Shown: positions 19,255-29,153 of the stretch, one piece after another | Layout: every line of letters begins with the position of its first letter | Position numbering within the stretch: position 1 is the first letter of the stretch | Assembly (NCBI GenBank): GCA_963749495.1 | Contig: CAVVMW010000006.1 | Location: 1,024,001 to 1,088,000, forward strand | Reading direction: 5' to 3' | Source: an uncultured bacterium | Lineage (GTDB): Bacteria; Verrucomicrobiota; Verrucomicrobiia; Limisphaerales; UBA8199 | DNA: 64,000 bases | Program-made: the position numbers and the translations under genes | The notes under the pieces: model-generated | Seen by the model: only the letters and a program-made list of their open reading frames with translations | Database searches by the model: none | What the model was told of the DNA's origin: nothing

Positions 19255-19473
19255 ATGCAGGACGATGAGTTGCCAATAAAAGTGGTGGGGCGGAAAGGCC
19301 GGCCAAAGGTGGATGTCGTCCGCATCGATCCCCTGCAGAAATTGGCGAACGAGCTGCGCAAGGGCCGGCCATTCATGCCCAAAGGGGTTTGGCGGTTCAA
19401 ATCCTTCGACGAAGCCGACGCATGGAAGCTGAAGATGCTAACGCGCCCCAGGAGCCCCGATTCCCAAGGCTAG
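19255..19473 (+). CDS. Small basic protein, putative partner of the downstream nucleotidyltransferase
   Basis: PKGVWRFKSFDEADAW motif; leaderless -10 TATCTT 6 nt upstream; overlaps next gene. Confidence 0.6.
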   Translation: MQDDELPIKVVGRKGRPKVDVVRIDPLQKLANELRKGRPFMPKGVWRFKSFDEADAWKLKMLTRPRSPDSQG

Positions 19474-19925
19474 ACGATTTGCTCTTCCTCTGCCGGTGTT
19501 TGAACGAGGCCGGCGCGAAGTACCTGGTCATTGGCGGTTGGGCGGTCATCCAGCATGGGTTTGAACGCACCACCTCGGACGTGGACCTGCTGGTGGACGC
19601 TTCTCCGGACAATTTCGAGAGAATCAGGGCTGCGATGCTCAAATTGCCCGATGGCGCCATCCGGGAGGTTCGACCCGGAGACCTCGATGAATTCATCGTC
19701 GTCAGGGTGGGAGACGAGTTTGTGATCGATTTGATGAAGCGCTCGTGCGGAATCGAGTACACTGAAGCCAGCCGGGAAATCGATTGGATCAAGGTGCGCG
19801 ACGTGGTGATCCCTTTTGCCAGCGCCGAACTGCTCTTGCGGACCAAGCTAACCCATCGTGAAAAAGACGCGCTGGACCGCGCATTCCTGGCTGAGTTGCT
19901 CAAGCGAAAGGCAAAACGATCCTGA
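19422..19925 (+). CDS. Nucleotidyltransferase (DUF6036-like)
   Basis: YLVIGGWAV...GFERTTSDVDLLV; LLRTK...REKDALD. Confidence 0.75.
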   Translation: MEAEDANAPQEPRFPRLDDLLFLCRCLNEAGAKYLVIGGWAVIQHGFERTTSDVDLLVDASPDNFERIRAAMLKLPDGAIREVRPGDLDEFIVVRVGDEFVIDLMKRSCGIEYTEASREIDWIKVRDVVIPFASAELLLRTKLTHREKDALDRAFLAELLKRKAKRS

Positions 19926-20056
19926 GCCCATCCTTATCCTGACGCCGGGCGCACCCCGCCAGGATGGCCCGACGATTTTGCACCGCACCTGGCGAGTCTT
20001 GACGGGGTTGGCCGCGCCTGCGATTTTTCAGTTGCTTGGCGCAAGATTTCCCAATC

Positions 20057-23000
20057 ATGGCGACAAGCGAATTATTCGCTCGAGTCTTGGCCGCTCCCGC
20101 TGTGCAGTCTCTGTCACGGCGCCTGGCGCAGGGGGGAGTATTGTCCTGCGAGGGCGTGGCTGCAGGGGCCCAGCCGTTCCTGGCCGCCCTGTTGCGCCAG
20201 GTCTTCCCGCGTCGCCCTATCGCCATCGTTACCGGCAGCCTGAGGGCGCAGGAGGTCTTTCATCAGGATTTGACGACGTGGACCCAGTCCAGAGTCCAGA
20301 GTCCACAGTCCAGAGTCCAGAGTCCACAGTCCAGAGTCCACAGTCCACAGTCCAGAGTTCAGAGTCCAGAGTCCAGAGTCCAGAGTCCAGAGTCCAGAGT
20401 CCAGAGTCCAGAGTCCAGAGTCCAGAGTCCAGAGTCCAGAGTCCAGAGTCCAGAGTCCACAGTCCAGAGTCCAGAGTCCACAGTCCAAGGACCGGAGGAC
20501 GGAGGACAGAGGACAGAGGACATGCGAGAGGGGATGGAGGATGGAGGATCGAGGGCAGCGGGGACTGTGGACTGTGGACTGTGGACTGTGGACTCTGGAC
20601 CGGACTGTGGACTGCGCCCGTTGTTCTACCCGGCCTGGGAGATTCTCCCGCACGAAGACCGGCTTCCGCACGCCGACGTGATCGGCGAACGGCTGGAGAC
20701 ATTGGTTGCATTGTTGGGTCGAGCGCGGAGGGGGGACGGCCAGGCCCCGGTCGTGGTCGCCAGTGTCGTTGCCCTGCTTCAACGCACATTCCTGCCCGAG
20801 GCACTGGCCGGCCGCACTCAGGCCTTGGCCAGGGGCGACCGGCGCGACCCGCTCGACCTGGTCGAGTGGCTCGAGGAGCAGGGCTACGAGCCTGAAGCCC
20901 AGGTGACGCAAAAGGGCGAGGTCGCCTTGCGCGGCGGCATCCTCGACCTCTATCCGCCAACCAGTCCCTGGCCGGCGCGCCTTGAGTTCTTCGGTGACGA
21001 GTTGGAATCGCTCCGCTACTTCGACCCGCTGACCCAGATGTCGCGGGAGGAGATCGAGTCGATTGTCCTTCCCCCGGCGGGCGAGTTGGGGATCCTCAAG
21101 CGAGTGCGGAGTGCGGAATGCGGAGTGCGGAGTGCGGAATGCGGAGTGCGGAATGCGGAGTGCGGAACGCGGAACGGGGACCGCGGAGCCGTGGGAGTGC
21201 CGAGTCGCGAGGGCGTAGGGCAGGGGGGATGGGGCCTGGGGACGTTGGTGGATTATCTGCCGCCAGAGACGATTTTGCTGCTATGCGAACCGGAGCAATT
21301 GGCCGAACAGGCCCAAGAGTACGCCCGGCAGGTTCCCCCCGGCGACACGTTCTATGTTTCCTGGCCTGAATTCCAGCGGCAGGCAGAGGCCAAGGGAATG
21401 ACCGTGGTGAGTCTTGCCGAGTCCTCCGGACAAGGTGCAGAGCGCGGGTCTGACGGGTCTGATGCGTCCGACCCGTCCGACCTGTCCCGCAGCACTGGCG
21501 AGGCGGGAGCCACATTTCCACCGGGCGCCGTGCCGGTTCGCTCTGCCGGGCCCGGCGAAGCGGGGCCGGCGATTGAGACCCAGGGCCTCCAGTTCCAGAG
21601 CTTGGATGTCTATCGGCCGATGCTGGAGCGCGCGCCGGAGCCGCCGGTGGCCGAGGCGCAACGCCGCGAGTTCTTCGCCCAACTGCACCGCTGGCTGCGC
21701 CAGAACTACGCCGTCCACGTCTTCTGTAACAACGACGGCGAGCGGCAGCGTTTCGCAGAGATTTGGAAGGAATACGGGCTGGATAGTCCACAGTCCACAG
21801 GCCACAGTCCAGAGTCCACAGTCCACAGTCCACGGTCCACAGTCCAGAGTCCAGAGTCCACAGTCCAGAGTCCACAGTCCAGAATCCAAGGACCCGAGGA
21901 CGGAGGCCAGAGGACAAAGGACGCGGGAGAGAGGATGGAGGATGGAGGATCGAGGGCAGCGGGGACTGTGGACTGTGGACTGTGGACTGTGGACTCGGGC
22001 CGGACTGTGGACTGTGGACTGTGGACTGTGGACTGTGGTACGTTGTCGAGCGGCTTTCTGCACGACCCCTCGAAGGTAGTCGTCGTGACGGACGCCGAGA
22101 TTTTCGGGCGTTACAAAGTCCAGCGGCCGCGCCGGCTCAAGTCGCCGCACGCGCAGGCGACGCGTTCGGCGCTGGACATCGATTTCACGGACCTGAAGGA
22201 GGGTGACTATGTGGTACACCTGCAGCACGGCATCGGGCGGTACGTGGGTTTGCAGGTGCTGCCGTTGGGGGCCGGGGCCAAACCGACCGAAGGGCCGGCG
22301 GCAACGGCCAATGCGGGCCAGGAATGCCTGGTGATCGAATACGCCCCGGGGGACCCGGCCCAGCCGCCGCCCAGGCTCTACGTGCCGGTGCCCGAGGCGC
22401 ATTTGGTGAGCAAGTACGTCGGCGCCGGCAAGGCGCGGCCGCCGCTCAACACGCTGGGTGGCACGCGCTGGCTCAAGGCCCGCGTCCAGGCCGAGCGCGC
22501 CGTGCGCGACGTGGCCGGCGCGTTGCTGGCCATCCAGGCCGCCCGCGAGTCCCAGCCCGGGCATGGCTTCGCGTCGGACGCCCCGTGGCAGCGCGAGTTC
22601 GAGAGCGCTTTCATCTACGAAGAGACGCCCGACCAATTGGCCGCCATCGCCCAGACCAAGAGCGATATGGAGCGCCCCAAGCCGATGGACCGGTTGATCT
22701 GCGGCGACGTCGGTTTCGGCAAGACCGAGGTGGGCATCCGGGCGGCGTTCAAGGCGGTCCTGGGGGGCAAACAGGTGGCGGTGCTGGTGCCGACGACGGT
22801 CCTGGCGCAGCAGCACTTCAACACCTTCCGCGAGCGCCTGGCCGATTACCCTGTCCGCGTCGAATTGCTCTCGCGCTTCCGCTCGCGCGGCGCCCAGCAA
22901 AAAACTCTCCGCAACCTGGCGGCCGGCTCCGTGGACATCGTCATCGGGACCCATCGCTTGCTCCAGGCGGATGTGGCCTTCAAGGACCTGGGCCTGGTGG

Positions 23001-24346
23001 TCATCGATGAGGAACAGCGATTTGGCGTGATGCACAAGGAGCGGTTCAAGATGCTGCGCAAATTGGTCAATGTGCTCACGCTGAGCGCCACGCCCATTCC
23101 GCGCACGCTCTACCTGGCCCTGTCCGGGGCCCGCGACATGAGCACTATCCAGACCCCGCCCCACGACCGGCTGCCCGTCCAGACCATCGTCACCCAATAC
23201 GACGAGCGGGTGATTCGCGACGCCATCCAGCGCGAGCTGAACCGGGGTGGCCAGGTCTTTTTCCTCCATAACCGGGTGATGACCATTCTCAGCATGGCCC
23301 AGAAGCTCCAGGCCCTGCTGCCCAACGCTCGGATTGTCGTCGGCCACGGCCAGATGCACAGCGAGGAACTGGAGCAAGTCATGACCCGCTTTGTCAACGG
23401 CCAGGCGGACGTCCTGCTCTCGACCACGATCATCGAGAGCGGCCTGGACATTCCCAACGCCAACACGATTATCATCAACCGCGCCGATCGTTTCGGACTG
23501 AGCGACCTCTACCAACTCCGCGGGCGGGTGGGCCGCTACAAACACCAGGCCTACGCCTACCTGCTCCTGCCGCGCCATGCCCGCCTGTTGACCGACGTGC
23601 GCAAACGCATGAGCGCCCTCAGGCAATACTCGACCCTCGGCAGCGGCTTCAAGATCGCCATGCGCGACCTGGAAATCCGTGGCGCCGGCAACCTGCTGGG
23701 CGCCGAGCAGAGCGGCCATATCACGGCCGTCGGCTTCGAACTCTACTGCCAGCTCCTCAAGCAAAGCATCGCCAGCCTCAAGGGCCAGAAGGTCAAGCCG
23801 CGCGTCCAGGTCGAGGTGCGTTTGGATTTCCTGGCCCTCAACCCAGGGGAGGAGGGACGGAGGACGGAGAACGGAATGACGAATGACGGAATGACGAATG
23901 ACGAATGCGGAGAACGGAGGACGGAGGACGGAGGACGGGTTCCAGCCTCCGAGGGATGGCCGCACGCTGCTCCCTCGCCCCTCGCCCTTCGCCCCTCGGC
24001 TTCCGCCTGCATCCCGTTCAACTACATCTCCGATGCCCGGCATCGCATCGAGATCTATCGCAAGCTGGCCCAGGCGACCGAGACCTCGGCGGTGGCGGAA
24101 CTCGAACGGGAGGTGCGCGATCGGTTCGGCCCGCCGCCGCCGCCTCTCCAACGGTTGCTGCAGGTTGCCGAACTCAAGGTGCTCGCCGCCCAGCGCGGCA
24201 TCACCACCCTCGAAGTCAAGGAGAACAAGCTGATGCTCACCCGCAACAACGACTACGTCATGGCCGGCAGCAAGTTCCCCCGCCTGACCCGCTCCGGCGC
24301 CTCCGCCAGGCTCAAGGAAATCAAGCGGTTCCTCCTGGCCCTTTAG
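20057..24346 (+). CDS. mfd: Transcription-repair coupling factor Mfd with five in-frame repeat insertions
   Basis: RGGILDLY, GDYVVHLQHGIGRY (CarD-like), ETPDQ, MDRLICGDVGFGKTEV, IDEEQRFG, TLSATPIPRT, QLRGRVGR, DLEIRGAGNLLG, TRCF C-terminus. Confidence 0.97.
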   Translation: MATSELFARVLAAPAVQSLSRRLAQGGVLSCEGVAAGAQPFLAALLRQVFPRRPIAIVTGSLRAQEVFHQDLTTWTQSRVQSPQSRVQSPQSRVHSPQSRVQSPESRVQSPESRVQSPESRVQSPESRVQSPESTVQSPESTVQGPEDGGQRTEDMREGMEDGGSRAAGTVDCGLWTVDSGPDCGLRPLFYPAWEILPHEDRLPHADVIGERLETLVALLGRARRGDGQAPVVVASVVALLQRTFLPEALAGRTQALARGDRRDPLDLVEWLEEQGYEPEAQVTQKGEVALRGGILDLYPPTSPWPARLEFFGDELESLRYFDPLTQMSREEIESIVLPPAGELGILKRVRSAECGVRSAECGVRNAECGTRNGDRGAVGVPSREGVGQGGWGLGTLVDYLPPETILLLCEPEQLAEQAQEYARQVPPGDTFYVSWPEFQRQAEAKGMTVVSLAESSGQGAERGSDGSDASDPSDLSRSTGEAGATFPPGAVPVRSAGPGEAGPAIETQGLQFQSLDVYRPMLERAPEPPVAEAQRREFFAQLHRWLRQNYAVHVFCNNDGERQRFAEIWKEYGLDSPQSTGHSPESTVHSPRSTVQSPESTVQSPQSRIQGPEDGGQRTKDAGERMEDGGSRAAGTVDCGLWTVDSGRTVDCGLWTVDCGTLSSGFLHDPSKVVVVTDAEIFGRYKVQRPRRLKSPHAQATRSALDIDFTDLKEGDYVVHLQHGIGRYVGLQVLPLGAGAKPTEGPAATANAGQECLVIEYAPGDPAQPPPRLYVPVPEAHLVSKYVGAGKARPPLNTLGGTRWLKARVQAERAVRDVAGALLAIQAARESQPGHGFASDAPWQREFESAFIYEETPDQLAAIAQTKSDMERPKPMDRLICGDVGFGKTEVGIRAAFKAVLGGKQVAVLVPTTVLAQQHFNTFRERLADYPVRVELLSRFRSRGAQQKTLRNLAAGSVDIVIGTHRLLQADVAFKDLGLVVIDEEQRFGVMHKERFKMLRKLVNVLTLSATPIPRTLYLALSGARDMSTIQTPPHDRLPVQTIVTQYDERVIRDAIQRELNRGGQVFFLHNRVMTILSMAQKLQALLPNARIVVGHGQMHSEELEQVMTRFVNGQADVLLSTTIIESGLDIPNANTIIINRADRFGLSDLYQLRGRVGRYKHQAYAYLLLPRHARLLTDVRKRMSALRQYSTLGSGFKIAMRDLEIRGAGNLLGAEQSGHITAVGFELYCQLLKQSIASLKGQKVKPRVQVEVRLDFLALNPGEEGRRTENGMTNDGMTNDECGERRTEDGGRVPASEGWPHAAPSPLALRPSASACIPFNYISDARHRIEIYRKLAQATETSAVAELEREVRDRFGPPPPPLQRLLQVAELKVLAAQRGITTLEVKENKLMLTRNNDYVMAGSKFPRLTRSGASARLKEIKRFLLAL
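20285..20614. repeat. mfd insert 1: (AGTCCA[G/C])~29 - 74-bp core - (GGACTGT)~7 hairpin, 330 bp in frame
   Basis: Termini CAGTCC/GGACTG are reverse complements; 110 codons, no stop. Confidence 0.95.
21102..21177. repeat. mfd insert 2: heptamer array (GA[G/A]TGCG)~11
   Basis: Encodes VRSAECGVRSAECGVRNAECG. Confidence 0.92.
21446..21488. repeat. mfd insert 3: 9-mer array (GTC[T/C]GACnn)
   Basis: gggtctgacgggtctgatgcgtccgacccgtccgacctgtcc; encodes GSDGSDASDPSDLS. Confidence 0.8.
21785..22038. repeat. mfd insert 4: second copy of the AGTCCAC/GTGGACT hairpin element, ~84 codons in frame
   Basis: ~15 left units, 74-bp core with 7 differences from insert 1, ~10 right units. Confidence 0.95.
23855..23998. 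repeat. mfd insert 5: mixed heptamer arrays (GACGGAG, GAATGAC, GCCCCTC)
   Basis: Encodes GRRTENGMTNDGMTNDECGERRTEDGG...PSPLALRPS. Confidence 0.88.
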
Positions 24347-24480
24347 GGCCGCTGGCAGAATTAATCATCCGGCAGGTCATCGACCAATGGCCGCCCCAAT
24401 CCCTGCCCGCCGGGGCCTGATCGGGCGGGCGCATCCTGACCCCCACCACCGGGGGCCGGACCGGAGTGCGCCCGTCCCCG

Positions 24481-26865
24481 CTGCACCTTACACGCATTTT
24501 TTTCCGCTAGACAACCTTCGCGAATTCCGGCAGAAGATGGGGATGCAAGAGCCAATCGTCGTCTGCGGGCGCGAATTTCGCCCTGAAGTTGTGGAACACC
24601 TCAACCAACTGGCCCGGCAGGAACCCGAGCCTACGGGTAATACACTGGCCCGGGAGGCCTGTGGGCTGCTGGCGTGGTATCGGCCGGACGGGCGGCTGGC
24701 CTTGTCCAGTGCCAAGGTGGCGCTGCGCAAACTGCAGAAGCGCGGAATTCTGGTGCTGCGCCAGGCCAGGGGCAAAGCCCGACATCGGTTGCGAGCTAGC
24801 GGCCAGGAGCTGCCACCCTTGCACGGGGTGCCGCGGCGCGTCGATCAGATCCAAGGGCTGCGGCTGCATTTGTTGAGCGGGCAGGAGGACCCGCTGCATG
24901 GGCTGTGGAACGATTTGATTATCGCGCAGCATCCCTGCGGCGACGCCCCGCTGGTGGGAGCCCAACTTCGCTACCTGATCGGCAGCGACCATGGCTGGCT
25001 GGGAGCGCTGGGTTTTGGACCCCCCGCCTTTGCGTTAGCCTCGCGCGACCAGTGGATTGGCTGGTCCACAGCGGCTCGTTTGGGCCACTTGCGCGAGGTA
25101 ATCGGTTTATCGCGACTGCTCATTCGCAAGGAGGTGCACTGCACCAATTTGACCTCCAAGGTGTTGAGTTTGGCCCTGGCGCGGCTGGCGCAGGATTGGC
25201 AGGCGCGTTATGGGAGCCGACCGCAGTTAGTCGAAACCTACGTGGATCGCTCCAAGTTCACGGGGCGGTGCTTCAGCGCGGCCAATTGGTTGCGGGTGGG
25301 AGTCAGCACGGGGCGTGGCCGGCTGGGCCCAGACAGGCCGGTTAAGAGCTTGAAGGACGTCTGGGTGTTCCCAGTGGATCAGAGGGCTCGCCAGCACCTA
25401 CAGACCGAAGTGCCGCCGGCGCTCAGCCCGCAGCACCTGGAGCAAAGTCTGGCGCAGGAGGATTGGTGCGCTTACGAGATGGCGGGACTGGATTTAGGCG
25501 ACCAGCGCCGCCAGCACCGCGCCGTCAAAATCCTGGAAGCCCGTTGGCAGCAGCCGCAAGCCAGCTTCTACGGCAGCTTTAGCTCCTGGTCTCCGGCCAA
25601 GGCGGCCTATGGGTTGATCGAGCACGAGAGCCAGGAAATCAGTCTGGAGCGGCTGTTGGAGGCGCACCAGCAGGCGACGCAGGCCCGCATGGCGGCCGAG
25701 CCGCTGGTGCTCCTGCCGCAGGACACTACCGGGCTTAACTACACCGGCTTGGAGCAGACCACCGGCTTGGGATCCTTGGGCGAGGAAAAGGGCCGTGGTC
25801 TGTGGCTGCACACCCTGCTGGCCTTTCGCCCCGATGGCGTGCCCTTGGGCGTGCTGGATGCCCGGTGCTGGGCGCGGCCGCCCCAAGGCCCCTCGGACCC
25901 CTCGGGACGAGGCCGCAACGCCAAATCCATTGATGAAAAGGAAAGCTATCGCTGGATAGAAGCTTTTCAGCGGGCAGGCGCGGCCGCGCGGCGCATGCCC
26001 CAAACGCAACTGGTAGTGATCACCGATCGCGAAGGGGACCTTTACGAGTTGTACGACGCCACTCAGATTGGACCGGACAACCTGCACGCGCTGGTCCGTG
26101 CGCAGCACGACCGCAAGCTGGACTGCCACAAAAAACTGTGGGCTTTCATGGAAAGCCAGCCGGTAGGCGAGACCCGTGAGCTTAAGCTGCCGCGGCATCG
26201 GGGCCAGCCCCCGCGCACAGCGCACGTGCAGGTGCGGTGGTCCTCCGTAACCATTGAGGCCCCCGCCGTGGGTTGCAAGAAGGGTTGGCCCTCGTTGAGC
26301 CTGTGGGCGGTTTGGGTGCGCGACCAACCCCCCAGCGGGCGCCGAGCCCATTGATTGGATGCTGTTGACCGATATGCCGATCACGACCGCCCCACAGGCC
26401 TGGGAGAAAGTGCAATGGTATTGCCGTCGCTGGGGCATCGAAGAGTGGCATCGCGCGCTTAAGAACGGCTGCGGAGTCGAACACCGGGAATTTAAAACCG
26501 CCGAACATCTTCAGCGGGTGCTGGCCTTCGATTTGATCGTGGCTTGGCGGGTCTTGGCCTGTGTTAAACTGGGGCGAGCTTTGCCGCAACTGCCCGCCAG
26601 CGTTCTGTATTCGCCGCAAGAACTACAAGTATTGCAAGCGGCGCTAAAAAAAACTTCAGCCGAGAAGAGGCATCGCGTCTGACCCTGGGCGAAGCCAACA
26701 GACTAGTCGGCAGACTGGGAGGCTATTTGGCCAGAAAAGGTGACGGGGAACCGGGCGCTGAGAGTATCGGTTGCGGCCTGCGCAGGTTAATGGACTTGTC
26801 GTGGGGCTGGCGATTACAACGACAGGCAACGGAGGTTGCGCGATGAAAATGCGTGTAAGGTGCAG
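24481..26865 (+). mobile_element. IS4-family insertion sequence, 20-bp perfect TIRs, 8-bp target duplication CGTCCCCG
   Basis: CTGCACCTTACACGCATTTT at 24481-24500 and its reverse complement at 26846-26865; CGTCCCCG at 24473-24480 and 26866-26873. Confidence 0.93.
24537..26846 (+). CDS. IS4/Tn5-like DDE transposase with N-terminal DUF4338-like domain; frameshifts near 26335 and at the A8 run near 26650
   Basis: RDQWIGW, VETYVD...NWLRVG (DUF4338); QDTT, KESYRW, TDREGD, YCRRWGIEEWHRALK; C-terminal RLGGYLARKGDGEPG in a third frame. Confidence 0.88.
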
Positions 26866-27111
26866 CGTCCCCGGGCGCAGCGACGTCCGGAGCCAAAGCA
26901 GCGGTCAAACACTCCAGCGCGCCTGCCCGCTCCGTCGCTGCTGCGCCCGGGGACGGGCGCACTCCGGGGGCAGTGTCGGAGGCGCCCTGCCCCGGCTGGT
27001 TCCAAACAGCCGCCTTGACACCCTATAGCGTTGGTGCAACATCGGCCCCGTGTGATAAGATCCTTCCAGAGTGGTCTATGATCTCGGGAATCGATCAACC
27101 CAGGCACGCCT

Positions 27112-27831
27112 ATGACATCCTCAACGTGCAATAAAGCGGCCGCGCCGCCCTCGTGGCGGAGCGGAGAGCATTCTGAGTCGGGCGCGCCTTCTCCGGGCGG
27201 CAGCGCAGAGGATGATGACGAAGCCGATACGGAGCGGCGGATGTCCCGCTCGCAGCAGGCGGACCTGCCGGGCTGCCTGCGTTTTATCTGGGCGGGCCTG
27301 GCCAAGAACCTGCAGACCGGCGGCATCGTCCCCTCCCAACGGTTTCTCATCGCCAAGATGATCGCCCCCGTGCCTGTGGATTACCAGGGCCGGATCTTCG
27401 AGCTGGGGGCCGGCACCGGGGCGCTCACGTTGCGGTTGGCAGCCCGCTGCCCCGCCGCGCAGATCCTGGCCTGCGAGGTCAACCCGGACCTGGCGGAGCA
27501 CAGCCGGCGCCGCATGGCCATGGCCGGTCTGCAACGCCGGGTGACGGTCTTTTCGGGCCCGGCCGAGCAATTGCTCTCTACCGCAACCCAGCAAGGCTGG
27601 AGCAAGCCTCATTACATCATCTCCGGCATCCCTCTGGGCAACCTTGCCCGAAAGCAGGTCCTGGCCCTCATCACCGCCGTCCGCCAGGCCCTGGCCCAGG
27701 GGGGCCTCTACATCCAGTTTCAGCACTCGCTCATCGACCGCAGGCACATCCGCGCCTGTTTCAGCAGCCTCCGCACTGTGCCCGCCTTCCTCAACTTTCC
27801 CCCCGCAGTGGTCTATTACGCCCGGTGCTGA
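27112..27831 (+). CDS. Class I SAM methyltransferase, phospholipid N-methyltransferase (PmtA)-like
   Basis: TGGIVPSQRFL, ELGAGTG, IISGIP, YIQFQHS, LNFPPAVVY; start uncertain. Confidence 0.75.
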   Translation: MTSSTCNKAAAPPSWRSGEHSESGAPSPGGSAEDDDEADTERRMSRSQQADLPGCLRFIWAGLAKNLQTGGIVPSQRFLIAKMIAPVPVDYQGRIFELGAGTGALTLRLAARCPAAQILACEVNPDLAEHSRRRMAMAGLQRRVTVFSGPAEQLLSTATQQGWSKPHYIISGIPLGNLARKQVLALITAVRQALAQGGLYIQFQHSLIDRRHIRACFSSLRTVPAFLNFPPAVVYYARC

Positions 27832-27871
27832 GGCAGGGCCGGATGTCAGGCATGGGGTTGGGACGCCCGCG

Positions 27872-28098
27872 TTCAGGCCAAAGGCCTGGTTCATACCAGC
27901 CCAGGGCAAGGCCCGCCGGAGCGCAGCGCAGGCGGGCCGCCGCCCTGGGTCCACCGCGCATTCTATTCTGTTGCAGGCCAGCGGCCTGCCTCATAAAGCT
28001 CCCGGAGGATGAATCGCGCTTTCAGCGCTCTAGACGATTATTGGCGGCTGTTCCCAGGGCGTTGCCCTGGGCTGGTATGAACGACGCCGTTGGCGTCC
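27872..28098. repeat. REP-like composite palindrome (CCAGCCCAGGGCAACGCCCTGGG family)
   Basis: gttcataccagcccagggcaa ... ttgccctgggctggtatgaac inverted arms. Confidence 0.8.
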
Positions 28099-28162
28099 AG
28101 AGCACACACCGCCGGTTCCGCCGTAATTCTGTCGTGCGCCCGCAGGAAACGCACTTTGCTCT

Positions 28163-28190
28163 TTGAACTTCCGCTGGTTGGCCCTATAAC
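28163..28190 (+). promoter_or_regulatory. Sigma70-like leaderless promoter of aroE
   Basis: TTGAAC-16 bp-TATAAC, 6 nt before GTG 28197. Confidence 0.6.
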
Positions 28191-28196
28191 CAGCGG

Positions 28197-29153
28197 GTGA
28201 CCGAGCCGGCAAAGCCATTGGCGCTGACAATTGACGCCGCGACCCGCTACTGCGCGGTCTGCGGCTGCCCGGTCCGGCATTCCGCGTCACCCGCGATGCA
28301 GAACGCCGGCTTGGCCGCGCTGGGCCTGAACTGGCGCTACTTGGCCTTGGAGGTCCATCCGGAGGACTTGCGGGCCGCCTTGGACGGGGCCAAGGCCATG
28401 GGCTTTGTCGGCCTGAACCTTACCCTCCCGCACAAGTTGCTCGCCCTGGGGATGATGGACCTGCTGGATGCCTCGGGGCGCGAGTGGGGCGCAGTGAACA
28501 CGGTGCGCTTCGAGGGCCGCGACCCGCAGGGGGCCTGGCGTCCCCTGGCCGGCTGGGCGGACAGCCCGGCGCCGCGCGAGGTCCGGGCACACGGGTTCAA
28601 TACGGACGCCGATGCCATCGCCAGGGCGCTGAGCCAGGACCTGGGCGTGGCCGTGGCCGGGGCGAGTGTCCTGCTGCTGGGGGCCGGCGGGGCTGGGCGG
28701 ACCGCCGCCCTCAAGCTGGCGTCCGAGAAGACCGCCCGGCTCTTTCTGGTCAACCGCACCCGCAGCAAGGCCGAGGCCCTGGCCCGAGAGGTCCGGGAAC
28801 ATTACCCGGCTGTGGAGGTGACACTGGGCTATCCCTCGGGACCGGTGGAACTGGTCCTCAATGCGACTTCACTGGGCCTGGGGCCGAGCGAGCCCTCGCC
28901 GCTGGAGGAAGGGCAGTTTTGCCTGCGCCGGGCCGCGGCGGTCTATGATATGATCTACCGTCCGGCGGAGACGGCGTTGCTCCGCTCGGCGCGGGCGGCC
29001 GGTTGCCGCGCCGCAAACGGCCTGGGCATGCTCCTGTATCAAGGCGCCAGGTCTCTCGAATTATGGACCGGCCGCGCCGCCCCTGTCGCCGTCATGCGCC
29101 AGGCGCTGGAGCAGAATGTATATGGACATGGCAATGTTCTCCCGCCTCTTTGA
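28197..29153 (+). CDS. aroE: Shikimate dehydrogenase
   Basis: HSASPAMQN, GLNLTLPHK, GAVNT, NTD, LGAGGAG, NRT, NATSLG, DMIYRP, GLGMLLYQG. Confidence 0.95.
   Translation: MTEPAKPLALTIDAATRYCAVCGCPVRHSASPAMQNAGLAALGLNWRYLALEVHPEDLRAALDGAKAMGFVGLNLTLPHKLLALGMMDLLDASGREWGAVNTVRFEGRDPQGAWRPLAGWADSPAPREVRAHGFNTDADAIARALSQDLGVAVAGASVLLLGAGGAGRTAALKLASEKTARLFLVNRTRSKAEALAREVREHYPAVEVTLGYPSGPVELVLNATSLGLGPSEPSPLEEGQFCLRRAAAVYDMIYRPAETALLRSARAAGCRAANGLGMLLYQGARSLELWTGRAAPVAVMRQALEQNVYGHGNVLPPL

Larger units (their letters stand above)
24461..26967. repeat. REP-like palindrome split by the IS4 element (left arm 24461-24480, remainder 26866-26967)
   Basis: Reconstituted empty site CCGGAGTGCGCCCGTCCCCGGGCGCAGC ... 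GCTGCGCCCGGGGACGGGCGCACTCCGG is a 28-bp perfect inverted repeat. Confidence 0.88.

Noticed and set aside
20285..22038. mfd arrays as a CRISPR array or intein
   Set aside because: No constant repeat with unique spacers and no cas genes; no intein splice motifs (C/S start, HN end).
19858..24151. Long overlapping and antisense ORFs across mfd (e.g. 21281-24151 -)
   Set aside because: Shadow ORFs caused by high GC and stop-free repeats; no recognisable domains.
24537..25400. Druantia anti-phage system
   Set aside because: The DUF4338-like domain is fused to a transposase inside IS ends and no DruE helicase or other dru genes are present.
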